A DNA stretch of 64,000 nucleotides from Octopus vulgaris (lineage: Eukaryota), in assembly GCA_951406725.2 (NCBI GenBank), contig OX597815.1, forward strand, positions 83,018,001 through 83,082,000. Direction: 5' to 3'. This document shows, piece by piece, positions 41,467 to 55,404 of this stretch. Position numbers and translations under genes: made by a program. Position 1 is the first letter of the stretch. Each line of letters starts with the position of its first letter. Below the pieces are notes generated by a model that was not told the origin of the DNA, did not search any database, and saw only the letters and a list, made by a program, of their open reading frames with translations.

Positions 41467-42747
41467 TTAGTCTGTTGGTATTGGTTATGCCTTCTTTCTG
41501 AGCTTCCGCTCCTGCAAGAAGCATATGCAGATATCTGATTTGAAACTGACACCCATTTACAATTTATCGGTATTGGAGACCCTGAGAAAATAAAATGTTC
41601 CTGTCGGTGCCCTTCACACTCTAAATAAAAAGATAAAAGGAAATGGCTGTCTTATTATTAATTCAACCAACAATGTACCATATGCCGTTCCTCTAGATGG
41701 AAGCCAGATCTTTTTCAAGCTATTTCTAACCATTCAAGAATGGAAGGAAGTAGATAAAAATGTACTAATAATAATAATTAGATGCCCAACTATAGCCATC
41801 AGTGACTGCCAACCGCAACAACTATAAAATAATCAAAATTCTGCGTACATAATCTGTTAATCTATCTATGTTATTCTTGTGTCACTTGCCTCTACTTGCT
41901 GGTAGTCCACTCGAGGGAAGTGAATCACAGCTGGGCGAATTATGGCGATCGAATGATTAAGAGTAGGCAGCCCAAAACCTGAAATTTCTTTTAGTCATTT
42001 TCATATCAAGACTAGATGTTTGTAAATGACATATGCGCTGGTTTCTTCCTTTGACTAACTATCTTTTCTCTATTCTTTGACTAACTATATAGTCCGGAAA
42101 AAGAACACAACAAATATGTTTAAACAGCGACTACGAAAAAGCGTATGGAAAGAAATTCAGTCAATATCCTCTCACTTCTCATCAGATTACCTAGCTATAT
42201 ATAATCATAGCAGCTACTTTGAAACCTCATTTATAAATGCGTGTTTGTGCATACACTTTATGTGTATATGTGTGTGTATGTGCGCGTTTTTGCGTTGCTA
42301 CCACTTTGTCTTTCACTCATCCAAGATATCTCTCCACCCTTTCTCTTCATACGTGTAAAAAACCCAACAAATTTAGCTTTACCGACAGACACATGCGATT
42401 TTTAAAACAACGCTGTGTAACAGAAGAAAACCTATGGCTGAGGCCTTCCATACGACACAGAAATCATCTTACTTTTTCAAAAAACTGACGTAAACATTGA
42501 TCGAACAAATGAAAGCGCAGCCCACGTTATAATAGCGGTGTAACCCACAAAATTCTCTTAAAATATTTTGTACTCAGTACATTTAGGTTTATGTAAAGCA
42601 AATATTAAGTACACACCTGCACAAGAATATGTTTGCATGTATACATATATTTATATTTGTGTGTGTGTGTGTGTGTATGTTTGAGTGTACATGTGTGTTG
42701 AAATATATGTATATGTATATATATATATATTAATCTCTCTCTCTCGC

Positions 42748-42788
<41 letters not shown>

Positions 42789-42973
42789 ATACATATATAC
42801 ATACACACCACTTTACGTATGTGTGTATTTATAAATGCACAGCAAATACATTTACGTATCTGAGCACGCATGAAAAGTTGCACGAATAACACACATATAC
42901 GTATACTGCATATGGCTTTATATACATACATACATACATACATACATACATACATACATACATACATACATAC

Positions 42974-43011
<38 letters not shown>

Positions 43012-44082
43012 TTATACACACACACATAAGCGTGTACATATATTCGCCCATAGACATATCTGAATAAATACGTAACTCCATTCATATATACATATTTATG
43101 TTACATATATCCTTATCACGTCATATATGCGTGAATATGCTCGTATGCATATATTCATCACAGTTTCATAAAAGTCAAATCCTGTCATAAAAACCAACCA
43201 CTGCACATTCCTGAACTCACCAACCCGTGATATTTAGTTCTTATAGCCTCACAAAAATAACTTGCCCATCTGTAATTCCCCAATGTTATACCAGAGAAAA
43301 CTTCCTACTAGACATTTCTTATTTTCTCCTTTTTATTCTCATTCTTTCACTCTTTCATTTATATAGCCCGCTTTTTTTTTTCTTTTTTTCTTTTTGTGTA
43401 TCTATTTTTCTATTTAACTCCCTCTCTCATTGTTTCCTTCTCTATCACTTTAATTCGTTCATAACTCCTTCTGTCTCTTTTGTTCATATTTTCTTTCTCT
43501 TTATCCTTCTCTTTCTGTGAATTTAGAAATCGTATTCACTTACAGGTACACACATTCGTTGAAAACCTATAGACAGGATATTAAACTGGAATCCATCCAA
43601 TGTACAGCAAAACCAACACAGTGTAAAGATATCCACTCGAGTAAGCGACATCAAAAGCCAGTAAGGTCCTTTGATATTTAGACACCATAAAACACACTCC
43701 ATTAAGTTGATTCATATATAAACTTACTTCAATATAACAGAATGTATTTAAAATCAATGTGTGCACTTTTGTAGCAAATTTCACTTATCAAATATAAAAA
43801 TAATCCAGAGATATCTCAAGTGAATACACAGGAAGAGGAGAATGAAGACTTGGCATGTGGTATATAGAATGATGCAGCCATTTATCTTGTTTGTTCCCCC
43901 CGCTCTACATAAGACTTCTCGATCTATTATCTCTCCCTGTCTCTCTTTTCTCACTTTCTCTTGTCTCATCTGCATATATATGTATATGTATGTATACACA
44001 CACATATGTATATGTATATATAATATATATCCATATATATATATACAAACATGTAAATGTATATATATACATATGTATACTA

Positions 44083-44123
<41 letters not shown>

Positions 44124-44243
44124 CATATGTGTATGTATGTGGGTGTATGTATATATAATATATACCACAGACTTGTATATAAATAAATTTATATACATAT
44201 GTATACAGAGATATAAATGCATTAAGAATACATATATATGTGG

Positions 44244-44286
<43 letters not shown>

Positions 44287-47200
44287 AATTCATGTATATA
44301 TATAGACATGTACATATACATATATGAATACGTACACACAACATATATGCATATGTACACGTTTGTATACACATGCACAAAGGCAAGAACACACAAACAG
44401 ACAAACGCACAGTTACATACATAATAATCTTGGTGGCAGTTTACAATGCAACACACTTGGCTAAACTATACTAAGCTGAGTAATAAAATTAAATGTTGTA
44501 TCGACAGTCGTCTGATTCAGTGACTATTAAATATCTAGTTAATTGATATTTCATTATGAATAAACTGATATCTATTTTGATACCGTGCAGTAAACTATGG
44601 GAAATATCTCATGGATTTCGTCCACCAAAGGATATTAAACGATGTTTTCCGGAGTGCAAAGAGAAGTGGCTTGCATTTGTTTAATGGACGAAAAGTTGAA
44701 TAGGAAGAATTATACCATTGAGAAGCGCTATTTTAAGTATCTTTATTGCCACGATATCATAACTATAGCCATGGAATTATTAAGTATATCAGGCAGCAAA
44801 TGATAAGAGTCAAGTCCGTCAGAGCGTTGATTCCATTGTGCGTTTGAAAGACCAGTGCATTTTCAAAACAGTTTCTTATCAGTGTATGAGTTTGTATATC
44901 GCTATGTGTGAAGTGTATTTGTGGATGTGTGAGTGTATGTCTGGGCGGCGTTTAAGATGGTTACTTGTATAATTGGCTCCAAGACTAAAATTTTAGTGAC
45001 ATCGTGCATATATGTAACAAAATGAATTTAATCTACATATTTACCATGACCATGCTCGTTATCGATAATCTTATTTATCTCACGACAGAAATCGTAACGT
45101 TCAAAATGCTGGTGGTGGTGGTGGTTGTGGCTGCGGCGGCGGCAGCGGCGAAAAGGTGGTGGAGAAAAGGTGGTGAGGGAAAGATAGTGGAGGAAGGGAG
45201 GAGCAGAATAAGGTCACTGAGGAAAATAACCATAGTTTCGTCAGTAATGTCCACTTTTCTGTTGGGAATCATATAACATTTCTCCCTATAAATTAGTGAG
45301 CTTGCACCAAAGTTAGTTATCAATATATCAAAAGAAAAAAATGCACAGTGGTATTGCATTCATAAGGTGTCAGTCTTTTTTCACTAAACGATTTCAGTTC
45401 AATTCACATGAAGATCTAATTTGTTTCGTTGGTTCTGTTTTTTCTTCTATAAAACCACCTTATTTACTCTGTTCAATGGCATTTGCTATTGACTCTAGTT
45501 AAAATTTTGTGTCTCAGTACGAATAGAAGACGTTACTATTTGAACACAAGTTCATTGCAAGTTAGCACTCTTTCATTTTTAGCACCAGATCAACACTGAT
45601 CAAGCAGACCTTTGATCAAAACTGTTTATCCCAGATAATGCTTAACCCGTACTTCACCAGATAATTGTTTAAAGGAGTACATTATCTTGTGTTTCTATCC
45701 TTAAAGATAGCATGTTGAGATGCAAGTGAGTTCTAGCTTACACTTCCCATTGCTTGTCTACTTTCAAAGTGGCTATTTTGAGGTTCTATCGTCAATATTT
45801 AAAATTGTTGAAACGGTATCGTAAACTGGATTAAATAGACTTGCACATGTTTATATTGATAAACCACTGGAAGACAGAGAACACGCAGAACTGGTATAGC
45901 TTTGGAAAAAATACGTTGCTTATTTCTTCTGGCTGTTTACATTCCGAGATAAAAATCCCACCGAGGTTATTTTTGCTTTTCAGCTATCCTTGTAAATAAA
46001 ATAGAATATTAGTGAAATGCTGTCGCCAATGTAATAGACAAATTCGCTTCCCTCACAATCACCCTGTGCCAAAATTAAAATTCTTTAGTTGAAAGTGCCC
46101 AGTGCATTGGTAGAATCGTTAATGCGTGGTACGCATTTACGATTCTTTACACTCTGATTTCAATTCTCTCAAACAACATTTCTTTTTGTCTTTCCAATAA
46201 AATAGGTACCATTCAAGTGCTGGATTCAATTTAATCGACTAACATCTTGCTACAGTTTTTGCAGGCTTTTGGTGAGTTCTATCACGTGATAATGTAACTT
46301 AAACTTCTGTGTCATGAGGCTGTTTAGGGAAAGCCTGTGTATCAAGTGAATTATGGAGAAAAGGGTGTATTTTGTGATATACTATGTTGATAAAAACTTT
46401 AGTAAATTCATGCTTACTAGGTTGTAACCGAATATGGAAAAACCATCCACTCAATAAAGAGGAAAAAAGTTTAAAATTAGAACAACTCCATTCTAATAAC
46501 CATTGTTATTTTCATATCATAACATTGGTCGTACAAGTGCTAAATACAAACAGCAAACGTCAGGATTCATCACGGTTAGAAAGTTCTTTTCATTAAAGTT
46601 CTTTTCATTTTCTATTTGAAACGATGCAAATCCCTTTTCTTCATAAAGTAAATAAGAAAAACATTAGCTGACGCTTACAAGCCAGAATGAACTGGTAGCA
46701 TGTGACTGAATGAAGGGAGAGAGCTACACCGATAGTCGACAGGCAAACATGTAAGCTGAATAGACTGGAGGAATTCGAAATAAAGACTTGCTCAAGGACA
46801 TAGCACGCTGCCTCGTCTAAGAGTCAAATCCACGATTTTATCTCAAACCCACGAATTTATAATAAATATGCATTTCTGAAAGACTGAAAATGAATATAAT
46901 ACATAGAGAGACACTATGAATTCTGAATCATTTCATATAGTCCTTAAACATTTGTCTTCTTTTACTAATGAAATATATGAAACCTCTTTATATTACATAC
47001 CTTCTTAATTGTTTAGTTTCGTATTTTCATCCTAACTATAAACAATAAAACTACGATTACAATAGCGTTTTATATCAACTCCATTTAAAATATAACAGTG
47101 AATGAAATAATTAACTTGTTTCAATAGTTGACTGTAAGATACGTGTTAGTATGAACATTGTTTAGGAGTGTTGACCAAATATATTACAATCCTTTGGTTA

Positions 47201-47331
47201 ACCATTAAAGAGACTATCACTGAAAGTTTAGCGTTATGTTAGCAGACTCCTTGTATCATGTAATAAATAAATTCGAGTCTTAGCTTTAATCTCCCCGCTA
47301 TTCAGCAACCTGTACACCAAATGAAGAATTC

Positions 47332-47384
<53 letters not shown>

Positions 47385-47824
47385 AGTTTCCCTTCTCTAT
47401 ATTTCGAAAGAAGCTAATTGGACTTACATTGAATTCCTTCGGGGTGACCAAAGTAAACTAACGTAAATTTTGAAAAATGAGCATATATTTTCGTTTGGCT
47501 TCTCATCAATAAAATTTAATTAGATGTAATCCTTTCGGCATTTCCATTTTAAAATTATCGTCAATGTCATGATATGATGGGGATAAAAGGAAGCAGATGA
47601 TGATAATAGATGATAATAATATTGACGTGACGACGATGACGATAATGACGATGGTGATGACGATATCGATGATGATGATGGCGAGGGTGGTGGTGCTGGT
47701 GCTGGTGATGATGATGATGATGATGCTGATGATGATGATAATATTCCGATACGACATTGGATTTAACGACGAATATTGAATGCAGTTATGAGATTTAGGA
47801 TTGATGATTATAATAGTGAGGACA

Positions 47825-47970
<146 letters not shown>

Positions 47971-48831
47971 GAAAAATGATAATAATATCTCTTATTTCAA
48001 TGCTTGCTACGTAACGTCGACAACATAACGACGTCACTGAAAATCTACATACAAACATCTCTAATGACCTACCATATAAGACATTCATTTTTTTTTGTCA
48101 TCATCATAGTAGTAGTAGTATTAGTAGTAGTCACTGTGATTTTAATTTTATTTTCATCATCCTCTTATTCGTAATTGTCTTTTTTTTTCTTTTAGCTGAT
48201 TTTGTTGATAGTTGCGTGCTACGACGGTTTTCTTTTCTTTGATGATGGGTGAACCTAAGTGAAATCAAAATAGTAAGTTATGTGGATGTTGGCCCTTTAA
48301 TTTAGCTTTTGAAATTTTTTTCTTCAACATTCGGTTGCAAAAAATCCTCCATAGCATGGCAAAAAGTAAGTGCGGAATGGATTCAGGAGCCAAAACCAAA
48401 ATAGTTAATAGCTCACTTCAGCTATTATCCGTCGTCTCTTATGTATGCGGTGCAACTCATAGAAGCTTCATCAGAATAGCTGTTTTCCTTTTCGTCTTTC
48501 TCCTCAGTAACAGCATCATTAATATCATCATCATCATCAATATCATCGTTATTGAATACCCTCACACTTGATTCTCTTCTTCTTGTACTCCCCCACGGCT
48601 TCCTCATCATCATCATCATTGACGTCCTCATCATCAACACATTGTACATCAACACTGCCATTACTACAGCCAACTGCATTAACGGACTATACTAATGGTT
48701 TAACTTCCGAGATGAGCACACACAAGTCAAAAACGGCTTACACGTTGAGATGGACTTTGGTATTCAATACATCATAATCGTTTGTGTATCAAAAGCAACA
48801 GCATCATTAAAGAGTGAATAACATAAACTAT

Positions 48832-48996
48832 AGGTGTAGGAGTGGCTGTGTGGTAATTAGTTTGCTTACGAATCACATGGTTCCGGGTTCAGTCCCACTG
48901 CCTGGTACCTTAGGCCAGTGTCTTCTACTATAGCCCTGACCGACCAAAGCCTTGTGAGTAGATTTGGTAGACGGAAACTGAAAGAAGCTCGTCGTA

Positions 48997-49055
<59 letters not shown>

Positions 49056-49266
49056 GTGTCTGTGTTTGTCCCCCAACATCGCTTGACAACCGATGCTGGT
49101 GCGTTTGCGTCCCCGTAACTTAGCGGTTTGGCAAATGGGACCGATAGAATAAGTACTAGGATTACAAAGAATAAGTCCTGGGGTCGATTTGCTCGACTAA
49201 AGGCGGAACTCCAGCATGGCCACAATCACATGACTGAAACAAGTAAAAGAGTAAACGAGTAAAGAA
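48832..49266 (+). mobile_element. SINE family 2, complete copy
   Basis: A-box-like TGGCTGTGTGG, B-box-like GGTTCAGTCCC, internal (TA)n/(TG)n, 3' tail cagcatggccaca...ctgaaac ending in agagtaaa-like repeats. Confidence 0.9.
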
Positions 49267-49449
49267 TATTAATTATCGTTATTTTATTCCAGATCAATGT
49301 TGATTGGGTAAACCTATGATCAATGTTTCAATTGAGACTGAAAACTTTGGCATTTATATTAAGCAATCTTTGGTATTATATTAAGCAATCGTTTCCAACA
49401 TTGTACACAAAAAAGATATTGTAAATGACAAGATATGTATATAATAAGG

Positions 49450-51500
49450 ATTTTACTTATCTCATGTAAAACTTTAGCTAAGAAAAACATGTTAATTCTA
49501 ACAAACGAAGTTCTCCAAAGAAAACTGCCGAGGAGAGATTGCTCAAGGAATGCCCGACATTACACTCATCACCTTAATAAATGAAGTCAAGAGTTGGTGG
49601 TCTATTTTCGTGTGGATTTTAGAATCTGGACAACCTATTTTTGACCATTTCAAATGGCTTACAGAATACTATATTTAGAGACGATCTCAATGCCACAACA
49701 GCGTTTGTCCATATCCACATTTGACTATTCAGAAAATCCTGTTGGGATCAATCAGCAATTGAAAACGTCTGAACAAGTATTTTGAAGCTTTTGCGTCGCC
49801 TCTCCAATCAACTAGCCTTACAAGTCCAAGATGGCGTTCCGATCGTCTGAAGCTTGAGTGGGGGACGTTCCTTGGAAACCTCCAGGTGTCTGAAGATACG
49901 AAGTTGTCCTGTCTCTGTCGGAACATAAACCACAACGAGTTTAATTGTTCATACTGAGTCCCAATAAACTATTTTCTGGGTTCAAGATGACGGTTCTATC
50001 AAATGACCAAAACCCTTATGAAACAATAGAGCAACCCTGCTTCTCAGTGTCGAGATGTGTAAATTTTGTATCCACCGAAAATTGGCATGAAGGCTTGTGA
50101 ATCAGAAATATTGATTTCGCTGATGGTCAGAATTACCTAAGATCACTGAGAAACTTTATAGTGCAGCTCTCTAGACTAAAATGCATTTACAATATGTAAT
50201 CTAATTAAACCAATTTCAATAGAAAAACCCACATACATAAGGGACAAATGTTACGTTGCTACAGCTGTCTGTGGGTACTTCTCATGCGGATTTTATTCAA
50301 TCCCCTGCTCCATCTAAGCATTTAGTTTCATAAATGTATTTGTAGCAATATTTCAATTATATTTGAATATTGGAATGGTATTTGTTAACGTAATGTAGTT
50401 AACGTGTGTGCTGCTTATATGTCTGTGTATGTGAACCATAGGTTTGTTTTATAGATTTTTTTATGAATGTGAAGTTAATCATTTCATTTTCCGTGTTCGG
50501 TAATCTGTTTGGATGGTGGTATCGTTAGTGGATGACATAATGATGTAGATAGTACTAGTATAGCTTCTGATGGGCTTACCGTTAGTGCATTCATGTTTAC
50601 ATGCATCCCCGCTTGTGCTCACCCTTCCTTTTACACATTTGTTACCGCTTACCCTTTTGGTACCTCTGCGCCATCTACACAACACGATATGTCGGTGTGA
50701 TGTGGGTTGTGATGGGTATGTATTGGAGACATTTGAAGCAATGAATTGTTGTTCAATTAAAGACCTTCTCTTGCAGTTGTATGTAATTTGGTGGCCTTTA
50801 ATGGCAGATTCCAAACTTGTAGTTACTGCAGCAATAGTTGTAACTGGCGTTGTTTAATTTGCAGTTTCTGCTGCTGTTAATGATCTTTTCAGGGCTGCGG
50901 ACATTACAACTGCTGTTACTGTTGCAGTTGTAACTGCATGCTAATGTTGCTGGTGCCGTGGTTGTTGATGGTGTTGGTGCTCCTGGTGTTGAAACTATTG
51001 TTGTTGCTGCTGGTGTTGTCACCGTTTTGCTGATGTCGAAAGAAGTGTTGGCTTTCAAAACCCACCTCTTTGCTATGGACAGATTTCCTTGAAATGATTT
51101 GTGCTGCCGTACAAATATCACTTCACCCTCCAGTCTTCATCGTACAATTTTGTGTAATTAATTTTAGATTGGATCCGATATTTCAATGATCTGTCTTGAC
51201 TAATATGTCAATAAATTGTCTAATTAGTCTGATGCAGAATATTACTGTCTATTATGCCATGAATCAGAGATTCTTACTTCTGGGATTTCGTCGACTATCA
51301 TCATGTTATTTATTCTACAATCAATACATAATGGGATGAGAGCAAGTGCGGCACTCTTTAGTGTTATTGTGAACTGTTTCTTGACCTTGTCTTCTATAGT
51401 CATTTTCACCTCTATTGTGTTGCCACTTTCCTCCTGTTGACGTATCTTATGGTACCACACATGAACTTGAGGAACTTCTCCATTTGCTGCTGTATCACCA
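49450..51500 (-). mobile_element. Highly decayed L1/Tx1-like LINE (ORF1 zinc knuckle plus AP endonuclease)
   Basis: Minus strand: EDWRVK*YLYGSTNHFKEICP (decayed CX2CX4HX4C, ~51075-51140), Thr/Ala-rich tail, then APE-like ISE, RRFQLLID, MWIWTN...RSSLNIV, GCP...IDH in the expected order. Confidence 0.5.
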
Positions 51501-52412
51501 GCTCAATTTTTCAAATTTTCTTATTGTTTTGTACGGTTCAGGTTTGAAGCTGGTTTCTTAGGAGATGTTTTCTAGTATTTTGGCTCAACAATTGACCCTA
51601 CAACTAGATAAGCTCTATCAGGCAGACAACGTGTTCAAAATTCACTCACGAAATATATACAAGTTTTGGTGTCTTTTTGTGTTAGGGTTAATGGTCAGGC
51701 TTAATTGTGATATTGGCAACGGAGGTAGAATTTACAGGTGTGTTGAAAGAACAATTTGCTTCTTTTTGCTCTAAATTCTCATTTTTCTTGACTTTGTTCC
51801 GTTATCGTAGTTCTATTTTCTGTTTTCACTTTCCTTGTCAAATATTTATGTCCTTTGTTCATGTTGTTATTGTTATTAAAATTATTAATGCTGTTGTCAT
51901 TGTTGCGTTCACCAATGATGATTTAAAGTTGTAGAAGAAGTGTGAAAACAGCTATTTCTATCCCTGGGCTCACTCGATTGATCTGTGCAAAATATTCGAT
52001 CATATGCTTTTTCTCGTACTTCTAAAGAAATGGATAAATGTTACAAAATCAGTTAAACATTCCCCCAAGAAGGAGCGAAACTACAACACAGCCAAATAGC
52101 TGCTCACAATAGTTGTGTTTTTGTGTCATACAAGGTGCGAAGTGAAGGTGCTCTTGACATTACAAAAAATATTAACAATAACCATTTAAAATTTTAACAA
52201 TTGATCACTAATCTTGGTTAATTGTACTGTCTTCAGTACTTCACCGGTACTTTAATCTTAACAACTCGAAAAGAATGAAAAGAAAAATCAATTTTGGCAC
52301 GATTTTAGCTCAGATTTTAAAAACCAGAGATATGCCGCTAAGCATTTACAACACTAAGCGTTCTAACAACTTGGTGATTTAATAACAACAGTAAGAGCAA
52401 TAAAAAAAAAAA

Positions 52413-52454
<42 letters not shown>

Positions 52455-54161
52455 GTGCTGTGCTTGAAAAACCTCGAAAAATGCAATATGGTAGACAATT
52501 ACAGGCCGATATCATGTTTTCAACTTATGTGGAAATTATTGACTGGAATACTTGCAGAGTCAATGTACGAACATCTGGAAAAAAATGGATTCCTACCACA
52601 TAAGCAGAAGGGTTGCCAGGGTAAGTGCAGAGGTACCAGGGATCAACTCCTAATAGACCAAACTGCACTTAGAGACTGCAAAAGGAGGAAAATTCACTTA
52701 CCCATGTCATGGATCGACTATTGTAAGGCATACGATATGATCCCACATTCTTGGATTATGAAATGTATGAACCTATTTGGTATGGCATCGAATGTTCAGC
52801 GATTGCTTTGAAAAAGTATGGCGAATTGGAGGACGGGCCTGACAGCATACAGAAGAAGTTTAGGGACAGCAGAAATCAGGAAGGGAATCTTCCAAGACGA
52901 CTGCCTGTCCCCACTGATCTTTGTACTATGCTTGACACCACTAACTGATTTTGAGGAGAGCAAAAGCTGGGTGTGTATTCAAAATCCTCAACAAAGACTC
53001 AACCATTGGTTATTCATGGATGACCTCAAACTTTATGGTAAAGATAAATCCCAAGTCAGTTCCCTCGTTGATACGTTGCATACTTTCACTGCTGATATCA
53101 GAATGGAGTTCGGACTGAGAAAGTGCGGTGTGTTAGTCTTGAAGAAAGGCAAAATCAATTGTATGGACGGGCTAACGATACGCCAGGGGAGGTTATGAAG
53201 CAGGCAGAAGGGACGGGCCAAAGGTACTTGGGGAGTTTGGAAATGGATAAATTGATGGTGAAAGAAATGACAGAAAAAATTAAGGTGGAGTTCTTGCGCG
53301 GACCAAGACAGGTCCTTAAGTCGAAATTAACGGAGGGAATAAGATTGAAACTATCAACACCTGAGCGGTTTCACTCCTTAGATATGGAGCAGCGGTAATC
53401 GCATGGACAGTAGACGTAATAAACAGCTTAGACAGAAAGACAAGGAAGCTGCTAACAAAATATGGGACACTCCACCCAAAAAGTAACACAGGCTATATGT
53501 ACCAAGAAAAAGAGGGGGAACAGGACTTCTTGGATGCGAACACAGCATTAGAGCAGAAGAAAACAACATAGCATGGTATGAAAAAAATGCCACAGAACCG
53601 CTATTATTAGAAGTAAAGTCAGCCTAGTGTAGAATGAAAAATTGCAAAGATAAAGCACTGTATAAGCAATTGAAAACGAATGAAACTGAAAATAGGTGGG
53701 TAAAGAAAAGAATGCATGGTCAATTTCACAGGATTGTTGAAGATTAGACAGATAGAGAAAAAAGCTGGCTGTGGATGAGTAAAAATGATTTAAAACCGGA
53801 AACAGAGGCTCTAATCTGTGGTGCCTAAGAGCAATCACTAAGAACAAAGTAGATGAAATACACCGTTTTATGATTCTGTGCGACTATGAGATAGAGAATA
53901 AGAAGCCAGACATAGTCTTAATTGAGAAAGAAAACAAATTATGCTGGATCATAGATATAGCATACCCAGCTGACATCAAGGTATACGATAAGGAAGAACG
54001 AAAAGTCTATGGATATGACAGGTTAGCTTGGCAGGTAAAGCAGTTGTGGTCGATGAAAAAAGTTGGTAGTAGCACGAAAAATAAGAGGTGTTACCTTAGT
54101 TTACAAGTAGTTGCAGCTGACACCGTAGTACATCTCCAGCATTAGAAGCTGTGTAAAGACA

Positions 54162-54162
<1 letters not shown>
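52455..54162 (+). mobile_element. R4/Dong-clade LINE (family E): RT domain plus REL, internal deletion of the zinc-knuckle region
   Basis: [63 protein letters not shown]; (TAA)n on both sides. Confidence 0.95.
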
Positions 54163-54202
<40 letters not shown>

Positions 54203-54206
<4 letters not shown>

Positions 54207-54627
54207 CTACCAAAAACTGAGCAAATATAAAGATCTTGAAATAGAAATCAGCAAAATGTGGAACCTGAAGACTAAAACAATACCTGTTGTCATAGGTGCC
54301 CTGGGAATGATAGCAAAAGGGGCTGATAGCTAACTAACTCAGATACCAGGAAACCCAAAAATGGCAGAAATTCAAAAGATAGTGCTCATGGGAACTGCTC
54401 ATATCCTACGCAAAATACTTTCTATGTAATCTCAAGGTTTAAAACAAACATAATTTTCGGTTAAAAAAAATTTTTTTTTTAGACATTCATTAGTACAACA
54501 CCCCCCCCAAAAAATATATGGCGCACTAGGCATAACAACAACATGAACTTCCAACCTGCTGTCTCTTGAGGTATCTGGGTGAGACTTGGAGCCAACTTGT
54601 ACAAATATAAAGCAAAAGTCAAACATA

Positions 54628-54629
<2 letters not shown>
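54203..54629 (+). mobile_element. R4/Dong-clade LINE 3' fragment (family F)
   Basis: QKLSKYKDLEIEISKMWNLKTKTIPVVIGALG...QKIVLMGTAHILRKILSM*; (TAA)n on both sides. Confidence 0.92.
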
Positions 54630-54687
<58 letters not shown>

Positions 54688-54690
<3 letters not shown>

Positions 54691-55350
54691 CAGTGGAGTA
54701 TAAATTAAGACATGACAGAGTTGGCCAATATCTACACTGGCTAATAAGTCGGCATTACAATATCAAAACTGCCGACAAGTGGTATAATCACCACCCTGAG
54801 GCTGTAACTGAAGGAGAAAATGTAACCATTCTGTGGGACTTTCCAGTACATACAGACCGAACCATCAAGGCCAATAAACCAGATATTGTTGTGAAAGACC
54901 AAAACAATAAAGTGTGCTTATTGATCGACATGAGCATCCCCTGTGATCATAATATCTCAGCGAAAGAGTTTGACAAGCTCAGAAAATATAAAGACCTACT
55001 CATTGAAATTGAGAAAATGTGGCATCTCAAGGCGGTTACAATACCAGTGATCGTAGGAGCACTAGGAATGATCAATAAGGGAACCGAAAATTATATGAGA
55101 ATGATCCCTGGCTTACCATCCCTGCAAGAAGTGCAAAAGATCGTCTTAACTGGTACATCACATGTATTGAGAAGAGCATTGTCGATGTGAGAATTGTTGC
55201 TGTTCATGTATTTTAATTTAACTTAAAAAAAAAAAAAAAAATGAACGAACTATTGAGTTTGGTGTAATGGCCTACCGATGTATACTATGAGTTTCTTTGC
55301 CCCAGGAGTCGGGAAGACACTCGGCAAGAAATGGAAGCAAATTTGAAAGA
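54688..55350 (+). mobile_element. R4/Dong-clade LINE 3' part (family C), REL frame uninterrupted
   Basis: RHDRVGQYLHW...ILWDF...NKPDIVV...KEFDKLRKYKDL...IPVIVGALG, open to the stop at 55190; A-run then (TAA)n tail. Confidence 0.95.
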
Positions 55351-55369
55351 AGAAAAAAAAAAAAAAAAA

Positions 55370-55401
<32 letters not shown>

Positions 55402-55404
55402 TAA

